A stretch of DNA of 64,000 nucleotides from Anaerovoracaceae bacterium (GTDB lineage Bacteria > Bacillota > Clostridia > Peptostreptococcales > Anaerovoracaceae), in contig JBMNVA010000010.1 of assembly GCA_050946555.1 (NCBI GenBank), forward strand, positions 5,825 to 69,824, written 5' to 3'. Each line of letters begins with the position of its first letter. Position 1 is the first letter of the stretch. Positions 18,329-27,886 of this stretch are shown one piece after another. Position numbers and translations under genes: made by a program. The notes under the pieces were generated by a model. That model saw only the letters and a list, made by a program, of their open reading frames with translations. It searched no databases and was not told where the DNA came from.

Positions 18329-21178
18329 TTACTTTTCTCTTTCCTTTTTTCCAAGCACTCTCTTCAGATACTGGCCGGTGTACGACGCTTCGCACTCCGC
18401 GACCTCTTCCGGCGTTCCCTCGCAGACGATCGTTCCGCCGCGTTCGCCGCCGTCCGGACCCAGGTCGATGATGTGGTCGGCCTGCTTGATGACGTCGAGG
18501 TTGTGCTCGATCACGACGACAGTGTTCCCGGCGTCGGTCAGCTTCTGCAGGACGGCGAGGAGCTTGTCGACATCGGCGAAATGCAGGCCGGTCGTCGGCT
18601 CATCGAGGATGTACAGCGTGCGGCCCGTGCTCCGTTTGGAGAGCTCGGTCGCCAGCTTGACGCGCTGCGCTTCTCCGCCGGAGAGCTGGGTCGACGGCTG
18701 GCCGAGCTTGATATAGTCGAGGCCGACCTCGTGGAGCGTGTCGAGCTTCCGTTTGATCGACGGGATGTTCTCGAAGAACTCCAGCGCTTCGGCCACGCTC
18801 ATGTCGAGCACTTCATAGATGTTTTTGCCCTTGTATTTCACCTCGAGGGTCTCGCGGTTGTAGCGGCGGCCCTTGCAGACTTCGCACGGGACGTAGACGT
18901 CCGGCAGGAAGTGCATCTCGATCTTGATGATGCCGTCGCCCTTGCAGGCTTCACAGCGGCCGCCTTTCACGTTGAAGCTGAACCGCCCTTTCTCGAAGCC
19001 GCGGACCTTGGATTCCGGGAGGCTCGCGAACAGGTTGCGGATGTGGGTGAACATGCCGGTGTACGTCGCCGGGTTGGAACGCGGCGTACGCCCGATCGGC
19101 GACTGGTCGATGTCGATCACGTTGTCCAGCTGGTCCAGGCCGATGATATCGTCGAATTCGCCGGCTTCTTCTTTGCTGTGGTTCAGGATGCGCGACGCGC
19201 CCTTGCTCAGGATCTCGTTGACGAGGCTGCTTTTTCCGGAGCCGGATACGCCGGTCACGCAGATGAACTTGCCGAGCGGGAAGTCGACGTCGATGTGCTT
19301 CAGATTGTGCTCTGATGCGCCTTTCACGGTCAGCACGCCGCCGTTCCCCTCGCGGCGGTGCTTCGGCACGCGGATCGACCTGCGGCCGGACAGGTACTGA
19401 CCGGTAACGGATTCTTTGCAGGCCTTGATGTCGTCCACAGTGCCCTGACAGACGAGGTTCCCGCCGTAAATGCCGGCGCCCGGACCGATATCGATGATAT
19501 GATCTGCCGCGTACATCGTTTCCTCGTCATGCTCGACGACGATCAAAGTGTTCCCGAGGTCCGTCAGGTGGCGCAGCGTCGCGAGGAGCTTGCCGTTGTC
19601 CTTCTGATGCAGGCCGATGGACGGCTCGTCCAGGATGTAGAGGACGCCGGTCAATCCGGAGCCGATCTGCGTCGCGAGGCGGATCCGCTGGGCTTCCCCG
19701 CCGGAGAGCGTCGCGGACGCACGGGACAGCGTCAGATAGTCGAGCCCGACATCGGCCAGGAATTTCAGGCGTTCCCGAATCTCCTTCAGGATCTGGCGCG
19801 CAATCATCTCGTCCTTCTCGGACAGTTTCAGATCGTCCACGAACTCGAGCGCCTTGCGGATCGGCATGTCCGAAAGCTCCGCGATGTTCACGTCGCCGAC
19901 GGTCACGGCGAGGACTTCCGGCTTCAGCCTTTTGCCCCCACAGTCCGGGCAGCGACGGGTCACGAGGTACTTCGCGAGCCATTCGTGCATGAAGTCGGAA
20001 TGCGACTCGCGGTAGCGCCGCTCGAGGTTGCTGATCAGCCCTTCGAACGGATGATCGCGCTTCTGGACCTTGCCGCTCCGGGTGACGTATTCGTATTTTA
20101 AATGCTTCTCGCCGGTGCCGTAGCACAGGACCTGCTTGAAGTCCTTCGGAAGGTCCCGATACGGCAGGCTCAGGTCGACATGGTACTGTTCGGCCAGGAC
20201 ATCCACGATCCGGCGGTAGTAGCTGGAATAGTCCATGCTCGCATAGATGCGGTTCAGCGCGCCGTCCGGGATGCTGAGCTCGGTCTTGATGATCTTGTCC
20301 GGTTCGATCTTTTCCGTGAAGCCGAGGCCGTTGCAGGTCGGGCAGGCACCGAACGGGCTGTTAAAGGAAAACGAGCGCGGTTCGAGTTCTTCCAGGCCGA
20401 CGCCATGTTCCGGGCAGGCGAGCTTCGTGGAGAACGTCTGCACCTTATGAAAATCGCCGTGCTGGAAGTCGCATGTCACGAGACCGTCCCCCTCATGGAT
20501 CGCGAGCTCGACGGCTTCCGAGATCCGGCTCTGCTGGCCGTCGCGGACGACGATGCGGTCGACGACGATCTCGATCGTGTGCTTGAATTTTTTGTCGAGC
20601 TTGATCTCCTCTTCATCGAGCAGATGGATCTCGCCGTCAACGCGCACGCGGGTATATCCCTCGCGGCGGATGCGGTCCAGGATCTTCACGTGCTCCCCTT
20701 TCCGGGCGCGGACGACCGGCGCCATGACCATCAGGCGCGTCCCTTCCGGGTACTCCATGATGACGTCGACCATCTGATCCACGCTCTGGCTGGAGATCGG
20801 ACGCCCGCAGATCGGGCAGTGCGGCTTTCCGATGTTCGCGTACAGAAGACGCAGGTAGTCGTGGATCTCCGTCACGGTGCCGACTGTGGAACGCGGGTTT
20901 TTGCTCGTGGTCTTCTGGTCGATCGAGATCGCCGGCGACAGGCCTTCGATGCTCTCGACGTCCGGCTTGTCCATCTGGCCGAGGAACTGCCGGGCATAGG
21001 AAGAGAGGCTCTCGACATAGCGCCGCTGCCCCTCCGCGTAGATGGTGTCAAACGCAAGCGAGGATTTCCCCGATCCCGAAAGACCGGTCAGGACGACGAG
21101 CTTGTTCCTCGGGATCCGGACGTCCATATGGTTCAGGTTGTTCTCGTTCGCTCCTTTGATTACGATTTCATCTGCCAT
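18329..21178 (-). CDS. uvrA: excinuclease ABC subunit UvrA
   Basis: 949 aa. It starts [59 protein letters not shown] and carries two ABC ATPase modules and Zn-finger cysteines. Confidence 0.97.
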   Translation of the reverse strand: MADEIVIKGANENNLNHMDVRIPRNKLVVLTGLSGSGKSSLAFDTIYAEGQRRYVESLSSYARQFLGQMDKPDVESIEGLSPAISIDQKTTSKNPRSTVGTVTEIHDYLRLLYANIGKPHCPICGRPISSQSVDQMVDVIMEYPEGTRLMVMAPVVRARKGEHVKILDRIRREGYTRVRVDGEIHLLDEEEIKLDKKFKHTIEIVVDRIVVRDGQQSRISEAVELAIHEGDGLVTCDFQHGDFHKVQTFSTKLACPEHGVGLEELEPRSFSFNSPFGACPTCNGLGFTEKIEPDKIIKTELSIPDGALNRIYASMDYSSYYRRIVDVLAEQYHVDLSLPYRDLPKDFKQVLCYGTGEKHLKYEYVTRSGKVQKRDHPFEGLISNLERRYRESHSDFMHEWLAKYLVTRRCPDCGGKRLKPEVLAVTVGDVNIAELSDMPIRKALEFVDDLKLSEKDEMIARQILKEIRERLKFLADVGLDYLTLSRASATLSGGEAQRIRLATQIGSGLTGVLYILDEPSIGLHQKDNGKLLATLRHLTDLGNTLIVVEHDEETMYAADHIIDIGPGAGIYGGNLVCQGTVDDIKACKESVTGQYLSGRRSIRVPKHRREGNGGVLTVKGASEHNLKHIDVDFPLGKFICVTGVSGSGKSSLVNEILSKGASRILNHSKEEAGEFDDIIGLDQLDNVIDIDQSPIGRTPRSNPATYTGMFTHIRNLFASLPESKVRGFEKGRFSFNVKGGRCEACKGDGIIKIEMHFLPDVYVPCEVCKGRRYNRETLEVKYKGKNIYEVLDMSVAEALEFFENIPSIKRKLDTLHEVGLDYIKLGQPSTQLSGGEAQRVKLATELSKRSTGRTLYILDEPTTGLHFADVDKLLAVLQKLTDAGNTVVVIEHNLDVIKQADHIIDLGPDGGERGGTIVCEGTPEEVAECEASYTGQYLKRVLGKKEREK

Positions 21179-21218
21179 GCAATCTACTCCAATAAATCAT
21201 GTCATTCCGGCCCGGCGG

Positions 21219-23183
21219 CTATGCCCGGGCGCGGTATTCAAACAGGATGTCACGAAGCTCGGCGGCGCGCTCGAACTGGAGGTCCTTTGCCGCCTGACGC
21301 ATCTCCTGTTCCAGCTTCTTCAGGTATTCCTGCAGCTCTTTCCGCGTCAGTTCTTCCGGCTTCCTGCCCTTGTAATTCTCTTCTTCCGGGATCGTGACTT
21401 CGATGATGTCGCGGACGGATTTCCGGACGCTCTCCGGTGTGATCCCGTGCTCTTCATTGTATTTCTGCTGGATCGTGCGGCGGCGCTCGGTCTCGTCGAT
21501 CGCGGCCCGCATCGCCGGACTGATCTCGTCGGCGTACATGATGACGTGGCCGTCCACATTCCGGGCGGCACGGCCGACGGTCTGGATCAGCGACGTCTCC
21601 GTGCGGAGGAACCCTTCCTTGTCCGCGTCGAGGATCGCGACGAGCGTGACCTCCGGGATGTCCAGTCCTTCCCTCAACAGGTTGATGCCGACCAGCACGT
21701 CGAACTCACCGAGCCGGAGATCGCGGATGATCTGCATCCGTTCGAGCGTGTCGATGTCGGAGTGCAGGTACTTCGCCTTCACACCGGCAGACGTCAGGTA
21801 GTCCGTCAGGCTCTCCGCCATTTTCTTCGTCAGGGTCGTGACAAACGTGCGACCGCCCTTTTCCGTCACGCGGTTGATCTCGCTCAGCAGGTCGTCGATC
21901 TGCCCTTCGGTCGGATGCACCTCGATCGGCGGATCCAGAAGGCCGGTCGGCCGGATGATCTGCTCCGCCGTGATCCCGCCCGCCTGCTTTTTCTCATAGG
22001 CCGCCGGGGTCGCGCTGACGTACAGGATCTGGTTCACCATGCCCTCGAACTCCTCGAATTTCAGCGGCCGGTTGTCGAGTGCCGACGGCAGGCGGAAGCC
22101 GTAGTCGACGAGGGACTTTTTGCGCGACAGGTTGCCGTTGTACATTGCATGGAGCTGCGGCAGCATGACGTGCGACTCGTCGATCATGATGATGAAGTCA
22201 TCCGGGAAATAGTCGATCAGCGTGTACGGCTTCTGACCGGGCTTGAGCCGGCTCAGGTGGCGCGTGTAGTTCTCGATGCCCTTGCACGTCCCGACCTCCC
22301 GGAGCATCTCCATGTCGTAGCGGGTGCGCTGCTCGATCCGCTGCGCCTCCAGGAGCTGCCCGCGGCTCTTGAACCACTTCACGCGCTCCTCCAGCTCGAC
22401 TTCGATGTCGTCCAGCGCCGCTTTCAGGTTCTCCGGCGACGTGACGTAATACGACGCCGGAAAGATCGCGATATGGTTCCGCTGGCCCAGGATTTCTCCG
22501 GTCAGCGGGTTCATCTCCTTGATCGTGTCGATCTCATCGCCGAACAGCTCGACGCGCACCGCGTTGTCCGATCCCGCCGGATAGATATCGATCGTGTCGC
22601 CTCTCACACGGAATGTCCCCCGCTCGAACGCGAGGTCGTTCCTCGTGTACTGGATGTCGACGAGGCGGCGGAGAATATCCTGCCGGGATTTCACCATGCC
22701 GGGACGCAGCGACAGCATCTGGTGCTCGTAGTCGTACGGACTTCCGAGTCCGTAGATGCAGGAAACGGACGCGACGATGATCACGTCCCGCCGCTCGAAC
22801 AGGGCCGCCGTCGCGGAGTGGCGCAGCTTATCAATCTCGTCGTTGATGTCGGAATCCTTCTCGATATACGTGTCCGTCGACGGGACATACGCCTCCGGCT
22901 GATAATAGTCGTAGTAGCTGACAAAATATTCCACGGCGTTTTCCGGGAAAAACTCCTTGAACTCGCCGTGCAGCTGGGCCGCCAGCGTCTTGTTATGGGA
23001 AATCACGAGCGTCGGCCGGTTCAGCTTCGCGATGACATTCGCCATCGTGAACGTCTTGCCCGAGCCGGTGACGCCGAGCAGCGTCTGCGCCCGTTTCCCC
23101 GACCGGAACCCCTCGACCAGCGCGTCGATCGCCTGCGGCTGGTCGCCGGTCGGCTGATAATCGGAATGAAGTTTGAAATCCAT
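21219..23183 (-). CDS. uvrB: excinuclease ABC subunit UvrB
   Basis: 654 aa. [22 protein letters not shown], helicase motifs and the C-terminal UVR domain ([11 protein letters not shown]). Confidence 0.97.
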   Translation of the reverse strand: MDFKLHSDYQPTGDQPQAIDALVEGFRSGKRAQTLLGVTGSGKTFTMANVIAKLNRPTLVISHNKTLAAQLHGEFKEFFPENAVEYFVSYYDYYQPEAYVPSTDTYIEKDSDINDEIDKLRHSATAALFERRDVIIVASVSCIYGLGSPYDYEHQMLSLRPGMVKSRQDILRRLVDIQYTRNDLAFERGTFRVRGDTIDIYPAGSDNAVRVELFGDEIDTIKEMNPLTGEILGQRNHIAIFPASYYVTSPENLKAALDDIEVELEERVKWFKSRGQLLEAQRIEQRTRYDMEMLREVGTCKGIENYTRHLSRLKPGQKPYTLIDYFPDDFIIMIDESHVMLPQLHAMYNGNLSRKKSLVDYGFRLPSALDNRPLKFEEFEGMVNQILYVSATPAAYEKKQAGGITAEQIIRPTGLLDPPIEVHPTEGQIDDLLSEINRVTEKGGRTFVTTLTKKMAESLTDYLTSAGVKAKYLHSDIDTLERMQIIRDLRLGEFDVLVGINLLREGLDIPEVTLVAILDADKEGFLRTETSLIQTVGRAARNVDGHVIMYADEISPAMRAAIDETERRRTIQQKYNEEHGITPESVRKSVRDIIEVTIPEEENYKGRKPEELTRKELQEYLKKLEQEMRQAAKDLQFERAAELRDILFEYRARA

Positions 23184-23276
23184 AGAAACCCCTTATCGAA
23201 ACGCGAACTTACGTTCTCATATTATATCACAGGGAAGCGGTTTCCACAAACGAAAAGGATCCTTTTGTCCCTTCCC

Positions 23277-24170
23277 CTACATCGTCATCTGATGGAAATT
23301 CCCGGTCAGCTGCTCGGTCTTCACGACGTTGATGAACGCGTGCGGGTCGATCTCGCGGATCTCGTGGATCACCATGTCGACTTCCTCGGAGGACACGATC
23401 GAATAGATCATCGGCTTCTGGTCATGGCTGTAATAGCCTTCGCCGCTGAAGATCGTCGCGTCGTGATGCGTCAGGAACGTGATCTTCGCGCTGATCGCCT
23501 CTGGCTTGTCGGAGATGATGAACAGCGTGTGCCGGTTGTAGCGCTTGAACAGCGTGTGAATGACCTGCGTCGAGCAGAACTGGTACACGATGGAGTACAG
23601 CGCCTTGTCCCATCCGAACAGAATGCCGGCCACGATCAGGACGACGACGTTGCCGGCCAGGATCGCGTTCCAGACGTCTTTCCCTTTTTCCTGCGAGAAA
23701 AAGATCGAGATGAAGTCGGTCCCTCCGGTCGACGCGCCGACGTACAGGCAGATCGACATCGCCGTGCCGTTGATGATCCCGCCGAAAATGCTGATCAGCA
23801 TCACATCGTACGTGATCGGGATCTTTTCGAACAGGTCGGTCGCGAGGCTGCACAGGATGATGACATAATAGGAAAAGAACGTGAATTTCTTCCCGAGATA
23901 TTTCAGTCCGATGTACAGCGTCGTCAGGTTCAGCGGGATGTAGATCGCGGAGTACGGCACGTGGATGCCGACGAACTTGCTGAACACGCGGGTGATGATG
24001 AACGAACACCCGGCGAACCCGCCCGGGAACAGCCCCGCCGTATCGACGAGACTGCTGTAGTTGAAGCCCATGATGAGCGCCCCGACGGTGCAGAAAAGGA
24101 ACGTCCGCACGGTCCGGGTCCGGGTGCTTTCCAGCACTTCCCCGTTTCGGTACTTTTTGTCCCCCAGCAT
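23277..24170 (-). CDS. YitT family membrane protein (DUF2179 C-terminal domain)
   Basis: Polytopic N-terminus (GGFAGCSFII..., GGTDFISIF) plus a C-terminal DUF2179-like segment. Start chosen at MLGDKKY (GGAGGAG RBS), directly after the upstream stop. Confidence 0.8.
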   Translation of the reverse strand: MLGDKKYRNGEVLESTRTRTVRTFLFCTVGALIMGFNYSSLVDTAGLFPGGFAGCSFIITRVFSKFVGIHVPYSAIYIPLNLTTLYIGLKYLGKKFTFFSYYVIILCSLATDLFEKIPITYDVMLISIFGGIINGTAMSICLYVGASTGGTDFISIFFSQEKGKDVWNAILAGNVVVLIVAGILFGWDKALYSIVYQFCSTQVIHTLFKRYNRHTLFIISDKPEAISAKITFLTHHDATIFSGEGYYSHDQKPMIYSIVSSEEVDMVIHEIREIDPHAFINVVKTEQLTGNFHQMTM

Positions 24171-24171
24171 C

Positions 24172-24660
24172 TCACTTCTCCTCCGGCACTTTGCTGACAT
24201 CGACCCAGTCGAGCGCCCGGGAGTAGCGGAACAGCTCGTCGCACGTGAACTCCGCCGCGCTGTTGTCGCTTCCGCACGCCGGGAAGACCGTTTCGAACCG
24301 CTTCATCGACACATCGCAGTAGATCCGGACGTCCGGGTTCTCGATCCCGAACGCGCAGACGCCGCCGATCGCGTGTCCTGTCTTCTCGAGCACCTCATCC
24401 GGGCTCAGCATCGTCGGCTTGAAACCGAACGTGCGCTTGAACTTTCCGTTGTTGATCTTGGAGTCGCCTGCCGTCTGGATCAGGATGCAGCCGTTCTCGT
24501 TGTCCCGGTCCTTAAAGGAAAGCGTCTTGCAGATCCGTGCGCCTTCCACGCCGACGGCCTCTGCCGCCAGGTCTACGGTCGCACTCGATACGTCGAATTC
24601 CTGGATGCGGTCCTCGATCCCGAGGGTCCGGAAATATTCTCTTACTTTTTCGATCGCCAT
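24172..24660 (-). CDS. YbaK/EbsC-type aminoacyl-tRNA deacylase domain protein
   Basis: 162 aa. ARICKTLSFK...ILIQTAGDSKIN.GKFK...GHAIGGVCAFG is the YbaK/ProX editing-domain pattern. Confidence 0.8.
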   Translation of the reverse strand: MAIEKVREYFRTLGIEDRIQEFDVSSATVDLAAEAVGVEGARICKTLSFKDRDNENGCILIQTAGDSKINNGKFKRTFGFKPTMLSPDEVLEKTGHAIGGVCAFGIENPDVRIYCDVSMKRFETVFPACGSDNSAAEFTCDELFRYSRALDWVDVSKVPEEK

Positions 24661-24720
24661 GGGAACCTCCTTTTGTCCGATTGTCTAGTATATCATTCCG
24701 CGCGGGGAAGTTCAAATACA

Positions 24721-24749
24721 TTGACGCGCCTTTCTCTTCCCGATATAAT
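24721..24749 (+). promoter_or_regulatory. sigma-A type promoter for the NSS transporter gene
   Basis: TTGACG (24721-24726), a 17-nt spacer, then TATAAT (24744-24749). Confidence 0.55.
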
Positions 24750-24831
24750 AATAGGGTCCGTATTTACATAATTCAAACAAAACGGCAGTCAGTACAGCGA
24801 CTGCCGATATCAGCAGCAAGAGGAACGTATC

Positions 24832-26259
24832 ATGACAGAGAGCAAATCTACGACAAAAGGCAGCTTCGGCTCCACCTTCGGTTTCATCATGGCTTCCGTC
24901 GGCTCGGCCGTCGGACTCGGGAACATCTGGGGCTTCCCGTATAAAGCCGGCGCGAACGGCGGGTTCGCATTTCTCATCGTGTATCTCGTGCTCGCCCTCC
25001 TCGTCGGCTACCCGCTGATGCTGAGCGAAGCGAGTCTCGGGCGCAAGACCCGGAAAGCCGCGATCGAGGCGCACCGGGAGTGCAACCCGAAGTTCACGAT
25101 CAACGGCTTTTTCGAGTGTGCGGTTCCGTTCTTCATGCTCTGCTTCTATATCGTCCTCGGCGGGATCGTCATGCGCTACATGGTCGCGAACTTCGGCGAC
25201 ATCTTTCACGCCGGCTTCGGCGTCGGCGACACCGACAGCGAGACGTTCTTCGGGAACTTCATCTCCCACACCGGGGCGTCTGAGATCTATATGCTCGTGT
25301 TCCTGTTCCTCACATCCTTTATCGTCGCGCGCGGGATCAAAAACGGGATCGAACGCTTCAACAACATCGCGATGCCGCTGCTGTTCTTCATGCTGATCGC
25401 GATCGTCATCCGCTGCTGCACGCTGGACGGCGCGGGCGCCGGGCTGGCGTTCCTGTTCAAGCCGGATTTCTCGGTGTTCCGCGGCACGGGATGGATCCGC
25501 GTCATCGCGGTCGCGGGGAGCCAGATGTTCTTCTCGCTCTCTCTCGCGTCCGGCGCGATCATCGCGTACGGTTCGTACATGCGGAAAGAAGACAATATCG
25601 AAAAAAGCTGCATCATCATTCCGGCGATGGATACGGTCGCGGCGCTGCTCGCCGGCATGGCGGTCCTCCCGGCGGTCTTCGCGGCGGGACTCGAGCCGTC
25701 CGGCGGCCCGGGGCTCCTTTTTGTCTCTCTCCAGACGGTGTTTGATTCGATGGGATCGCTCGGACCGTTCTTCGGATTCTTCTTCTATCTGCTCGTCTTC
25801 CTGGCGGCGCTCTCCTCCTCCATCGCGATGATGGAAGGCGGGAACTCCGCTCTGATCGACGCGCTGGAACGCCGCGGGCACAAAAACGCGCGCCTCCAGG
25901 GCACGCTGATCATCACCGTGACGACATTCATCGGCGCGTCGCTCGTGGCGCTGGATCAGCTCGGCGGCTCCGGCATGTGGAAGCCGTTCGGACTCGGCAG
26001 CTGGCTCGACGTGTTCGACATGGTTTCGGAAGGCATCCTGATGCCGCTCGGCGGTCTGCTGATGGCGATCATGCTCGGCTGGACGCGCTACGGCTGGCTC
26101 GACAGCGAGATCGAGCTGAGTTCGCCGTACCGGACAAAAGGTTTCGTCAACACCTGCATGAAGTGGATCGTGCCAGTCTTCATGGCGTTTATCGTGTTCG
26201 TTCAGGTCAGCTCCTTCTTCTTCTCCGGGACCGACTGGTACAAGGCGCTGATCGGCTGA
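24832..26259 (+). CDS. sodium-dependent transporter, neurotransmitter:sodium symporter (SNF/NSS) family
   Basis: FGFIMASVGSAVGLGNIWGFPYKAGANGG is the hallmark NSS N-terminal motif. Polytopic, 475 aa. Confidence 0.92.
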   Translation: MTESKSTTKGSFGSTFGFIMASVGSAVGLGNIWGFPYKAGANGGFAFLIVYLVLALLVGYPLMLSEASLGRKTRKAAIEAHRECNPKFTINGFFECAVPFFMLCFYIVLGGIVMRYMVANFGDIFHAGFGVGDTDSETFFGNFISHTGASEIYMLVFLFLTSFIVARGIKNGIERFNNIAMPLLFFMLIAIVIRCCTLDGAGAGLAFLFKPDFSVFRGTGWIRVIAVAGSQMFFSLSLASGAIIAYGSYMRKEDNIEKSCIIIPAMDTVAALLAGMAVLPAVFAAGLEPSGGPGLLFVSLQTVFDSMGSLGPFFGFFFYLLVFLAALSSSIAMMEGGNSALIDALERRGHKNARLQGTLIITVTTFIGASLVALDQLGGSGMWKPFGLGSWLDVFDMVSEGILMPLGGLLMAIMLGWTRYGWLDSEIELSSPYRTKGFVNTCMKWIVPVFMAFIVFVQVSSFFFSGTDWYKALIG

Positions 26260-26307
26260 TCAGCGGATCACTCCGGATCGACTTCTCCGGACACATTCTC
26301 CCTCAGG

Positions 26308-26345
26308 AGAAAAAAGAATCAGGGCAGGCGACGAACCCTGCCCTG
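26308..26345 (-). terminator. intrinsic terminator T2 (minus strand); also the hairpin just 3' of the NSS gene
   Basis: Minus strand reads cagggcagg-gttcgtcg-cctgccctg followed by attcttttttctcc. On the plus strand the same hairpin has no T-tract. Confidence 0.7.
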
Positions 26346-26400
26346 ACGAAAAAAGAATGAAAAGCAATTGAGGTCCAAACCACAGTTGAAGACGTTCGGA

Positions 26401-26435
26401 AAATACAAAAAGGACTGTGGCTCAGCCCACAGCCC
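26401..26435 (-). terminator. intrinsic terminator T1 (expression platform of the cobalamin riboswitch)
   Basis: Minus strand reads gggctgtgg-gctgag-ccacagtcc followed by tttttgtattt. Confidence 0.7.
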
Positions 26436-26660
26436 GTATTCGCTGATGTTTCGCGCCTTGCCGGTTCATCCGCCAGCTCGCTCTCCCATGCAGTTATCCT
26501 GGCTTACGGATCATCGCAGGTCTCTCTCTCCTTCCCAGCCTTGCAGCCAGTGGATTCTCCAGTTATGAGAGCCCGCTCCCCGATTACAGTGGCGGTACCG
26601 CGCAAGATTCTAACTTGCTTCCCTCTTAGCTCCCTTTCGGGAGAACATGGAACACACATT
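26436..26660 (-). promoter_or_regulatory. cobalamin (B12) riboswitch aptamer
   Basis: The minus strand contains AGAGGGAAGCAAGTTAGAATCTTGCGCGGTACCGCCACTGTAATCGGGGAGC (conserved core). About 90 nt later it contains GTAAGCCAGGATAACTGCATGG (B12 box). Both are in the canonical 5'-to-3' order. Confidence 0.8.
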
Positions 26661-26674
26661 TCAATTGCACATAT

Positions 26675-26702
26675 ATTCTATCATTTATTGCCCGTCCGTC
26701 AA
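26675..26702 (-). promoter_or_regulatory. sigma-A type promoter driving the riboswitch RNA
   Basis: Minus strand has TTGACG (26702-26697), a 16-nt spacer, then the extended -10 TGaTAGAAT (-10 hexamer at 26680-26675). Confidence 0.55.
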
Positions 26703-26761
26703 TAGGAAACAATAAAAAATATCGCAGTTAAGCGTTATTTTTTCAACCGTTCCGGCGGTTT

Positions 26762-26797
26762 CAAAAACAGGAAAAAGCAGCCGCTGGTCCCGGCTGC
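26762..26797 (-). terminator. intrinsic terminator after the 27-codon ORF
   Basis: Minus strand reads gcagccg-ggaccag-cggctgc followed by tttttcctgttttt. Confidence 0.7.
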
Positions 26798-26833
26798 CGC
26801 TTTCCCTTATTCGTCCTTATTCGTTGTTATTAC

Positions 26834-26917
26834 TTATTTTTCTGCTACTTTGTTCACGAGAAACGAAAAGCCCCAGCAAGCAACAAATGCGACGCACACA
26901 ACTACTGTAGAAACCAT
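26834..26917 (-). CDS. candidate small hydrophobic peptide (27 aa)
   Basis: ATG at 26917 preceded by GGAAAGGAG (7-nt spacer). It translates to MVSTVVVCVAFVACWGFSFLVNKVAEK*. It has its own terminator downstream and falls below the ORF-track length cutoff. Confidence 0.35.
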   Translation of the reverse strand: MVSTVVVCVAFVACWGFSFLVNKVAEK

Positions 26918-27088
26918 GACTTTACTCCTTTCCCGACCCCCTCATCGAGGTTCGATTCACATTTCTTTGTTGGCTATATCATAGCCCACGGGTTTCAAGA
27001 AGTAACAGGAATTTACAAGTTGTATCATAGTTCAGGTGATAGGAAAAACCTAACCGCCTTATAGCCCGCCGCAGGAGCCTCCCGTGGC

Positions 27089-27373
27089 TTAATCGCGGTT
27101 CTTTTTTACGATCTCGGCCAGCTCCCCGAACTTGTCCAGGACCTTGTCGTAATTTCCGCGAACGTGCGGGAACATGCAGTTGCTGCAGTCCTTGAACCCG
27201 TTCTCCAGAAAGCGGTAATTCCCGCCGCATTTATCGCCCAGCGCGAACAGCGGGCAGTAACAGAACAGGCAGTTGAAATTCTCCGGATCGTTCGTCTGAT
27301 GGCATGGGAAGAACTCGCATTCCTTATGCTGGAAAAAAGCAAACTTTCTGTTGTCCTGATTCATATCACTCAT
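27089..27373 (-). CDS. cysteine-rich small domain protein (probable metal-binding)
   Basis: 94 aa with 11 Cys in ECEFFPCH...FNCLFCYCPLF...KCGG...DCSNCMFPH. AAGGAG RBS 6 nt upstream. I recall this as the 'cysteine-rich small domain' family, but that needs a database check. Confidence 0.75.
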   Translation of the reverse strand: MSDMNQDNRKFAFFQHKECEFFPCHQTNDPENFNCLFCYCPLFALGDKCGGNYRFLENGFKDCSNCMFPHVRGNYDKVLDKFGELAEIVKKNRD

Positions 27374-27393
27374 TGCGTGCTCCTTCTTTTGAC

Positions 27394-27424
27394 AAAAAGA
27401 GCCCTGCGCCTCAACGCAGAGCTC
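27394..27424 (-). terminator. intrinsic terminator after rplQ
   Basis: Minus strand reads gagctctgcg-ttgagg-cgcagggctc followed by ttttt. Confidence 0.7.
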
Positions 27425-27447
27425 CTTTGCTGCAAATTATCCAGTGC

Positions 27448-27789
27448 TTACACCAGCTCGAGGAATACGACCTCTGCGTTGTCCCCTCTTCTCGGGCCAA
27501 GCTTGAGGATCCTTGTGTATCCTCCGTTCCTCTCCGCGTATCTCGGCGCGATCTCCTCGAACAGCTTCGTAACGACGGATTCATCGTAAACGTAGCTGAG
27601 TACCTGTCTTCTCGCCGCGAGATCGCCGCGTTTTGCCAGTGTGATCATTTTCTCGGCAACTCTTCTTGCTTCCTTCGCCCTCATATTCGTGGTCGAAATA
27701 CGCTCCTCACGGAAGAGATCCGTGACGAGGTTTCTCAGCATCGATTTTCTGTGAGCGGAAGGTCTGCCAAGTTTTCTATATCCCGGCAT
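27448..27789 (-). CDS. rplQ: 50S ribosomal protein L17
   Basis: [21 protein letters not shown]...[15 protein letters not shown]. It is the last gene of the alpha operon. Confidence 0.97.
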   Translation of the reverse strand: MPGYRKLGRPSAHRKSMLRNLVTDLFREERISTTNMRAKEARRVAEKMITLAKRGDLAARRQVLSYVYDESVVTKLFEEIAPRYAERNGGYTRILKLGPRRGDNAEVVFLELV

Positions 27790-27886
27790 GTCACTTCTCC
27801 TTTCCTGAGCAGGATCGCCGCCTGATCAGCGGTGTCTGCCCGAACTGACCGGCTCTCATCTCCCGACGGTAACCGGCAGCATCTCT

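Noticed and set aside
21042-24197. 1051-aa plus-strand ORF, the longest ORF-track entry in the area
   Set aside because: It runs entirely antisense to uvrB and the YitT gene, both of which have unmistakable conserved sequences. The translation is Arg/Asp/Val/Leu-rich low complexity, with no RBS and no recognisable domain. This is a typical shadow ORF of a high-GC coding region.
26308-26435. ANTAR-type dual-hairpin protein-binding site, as in EutX/Rli55
   Set aside because: The two hairpins have loops GCUGAG and about 8 nt. They do not fit the hexaloop pattern with A at position 1 and G at position 4 that I recall for ANTAR targets. No ANTAR regulator or eut genes are in the window. The analogy to EutX is therefore architectural only.
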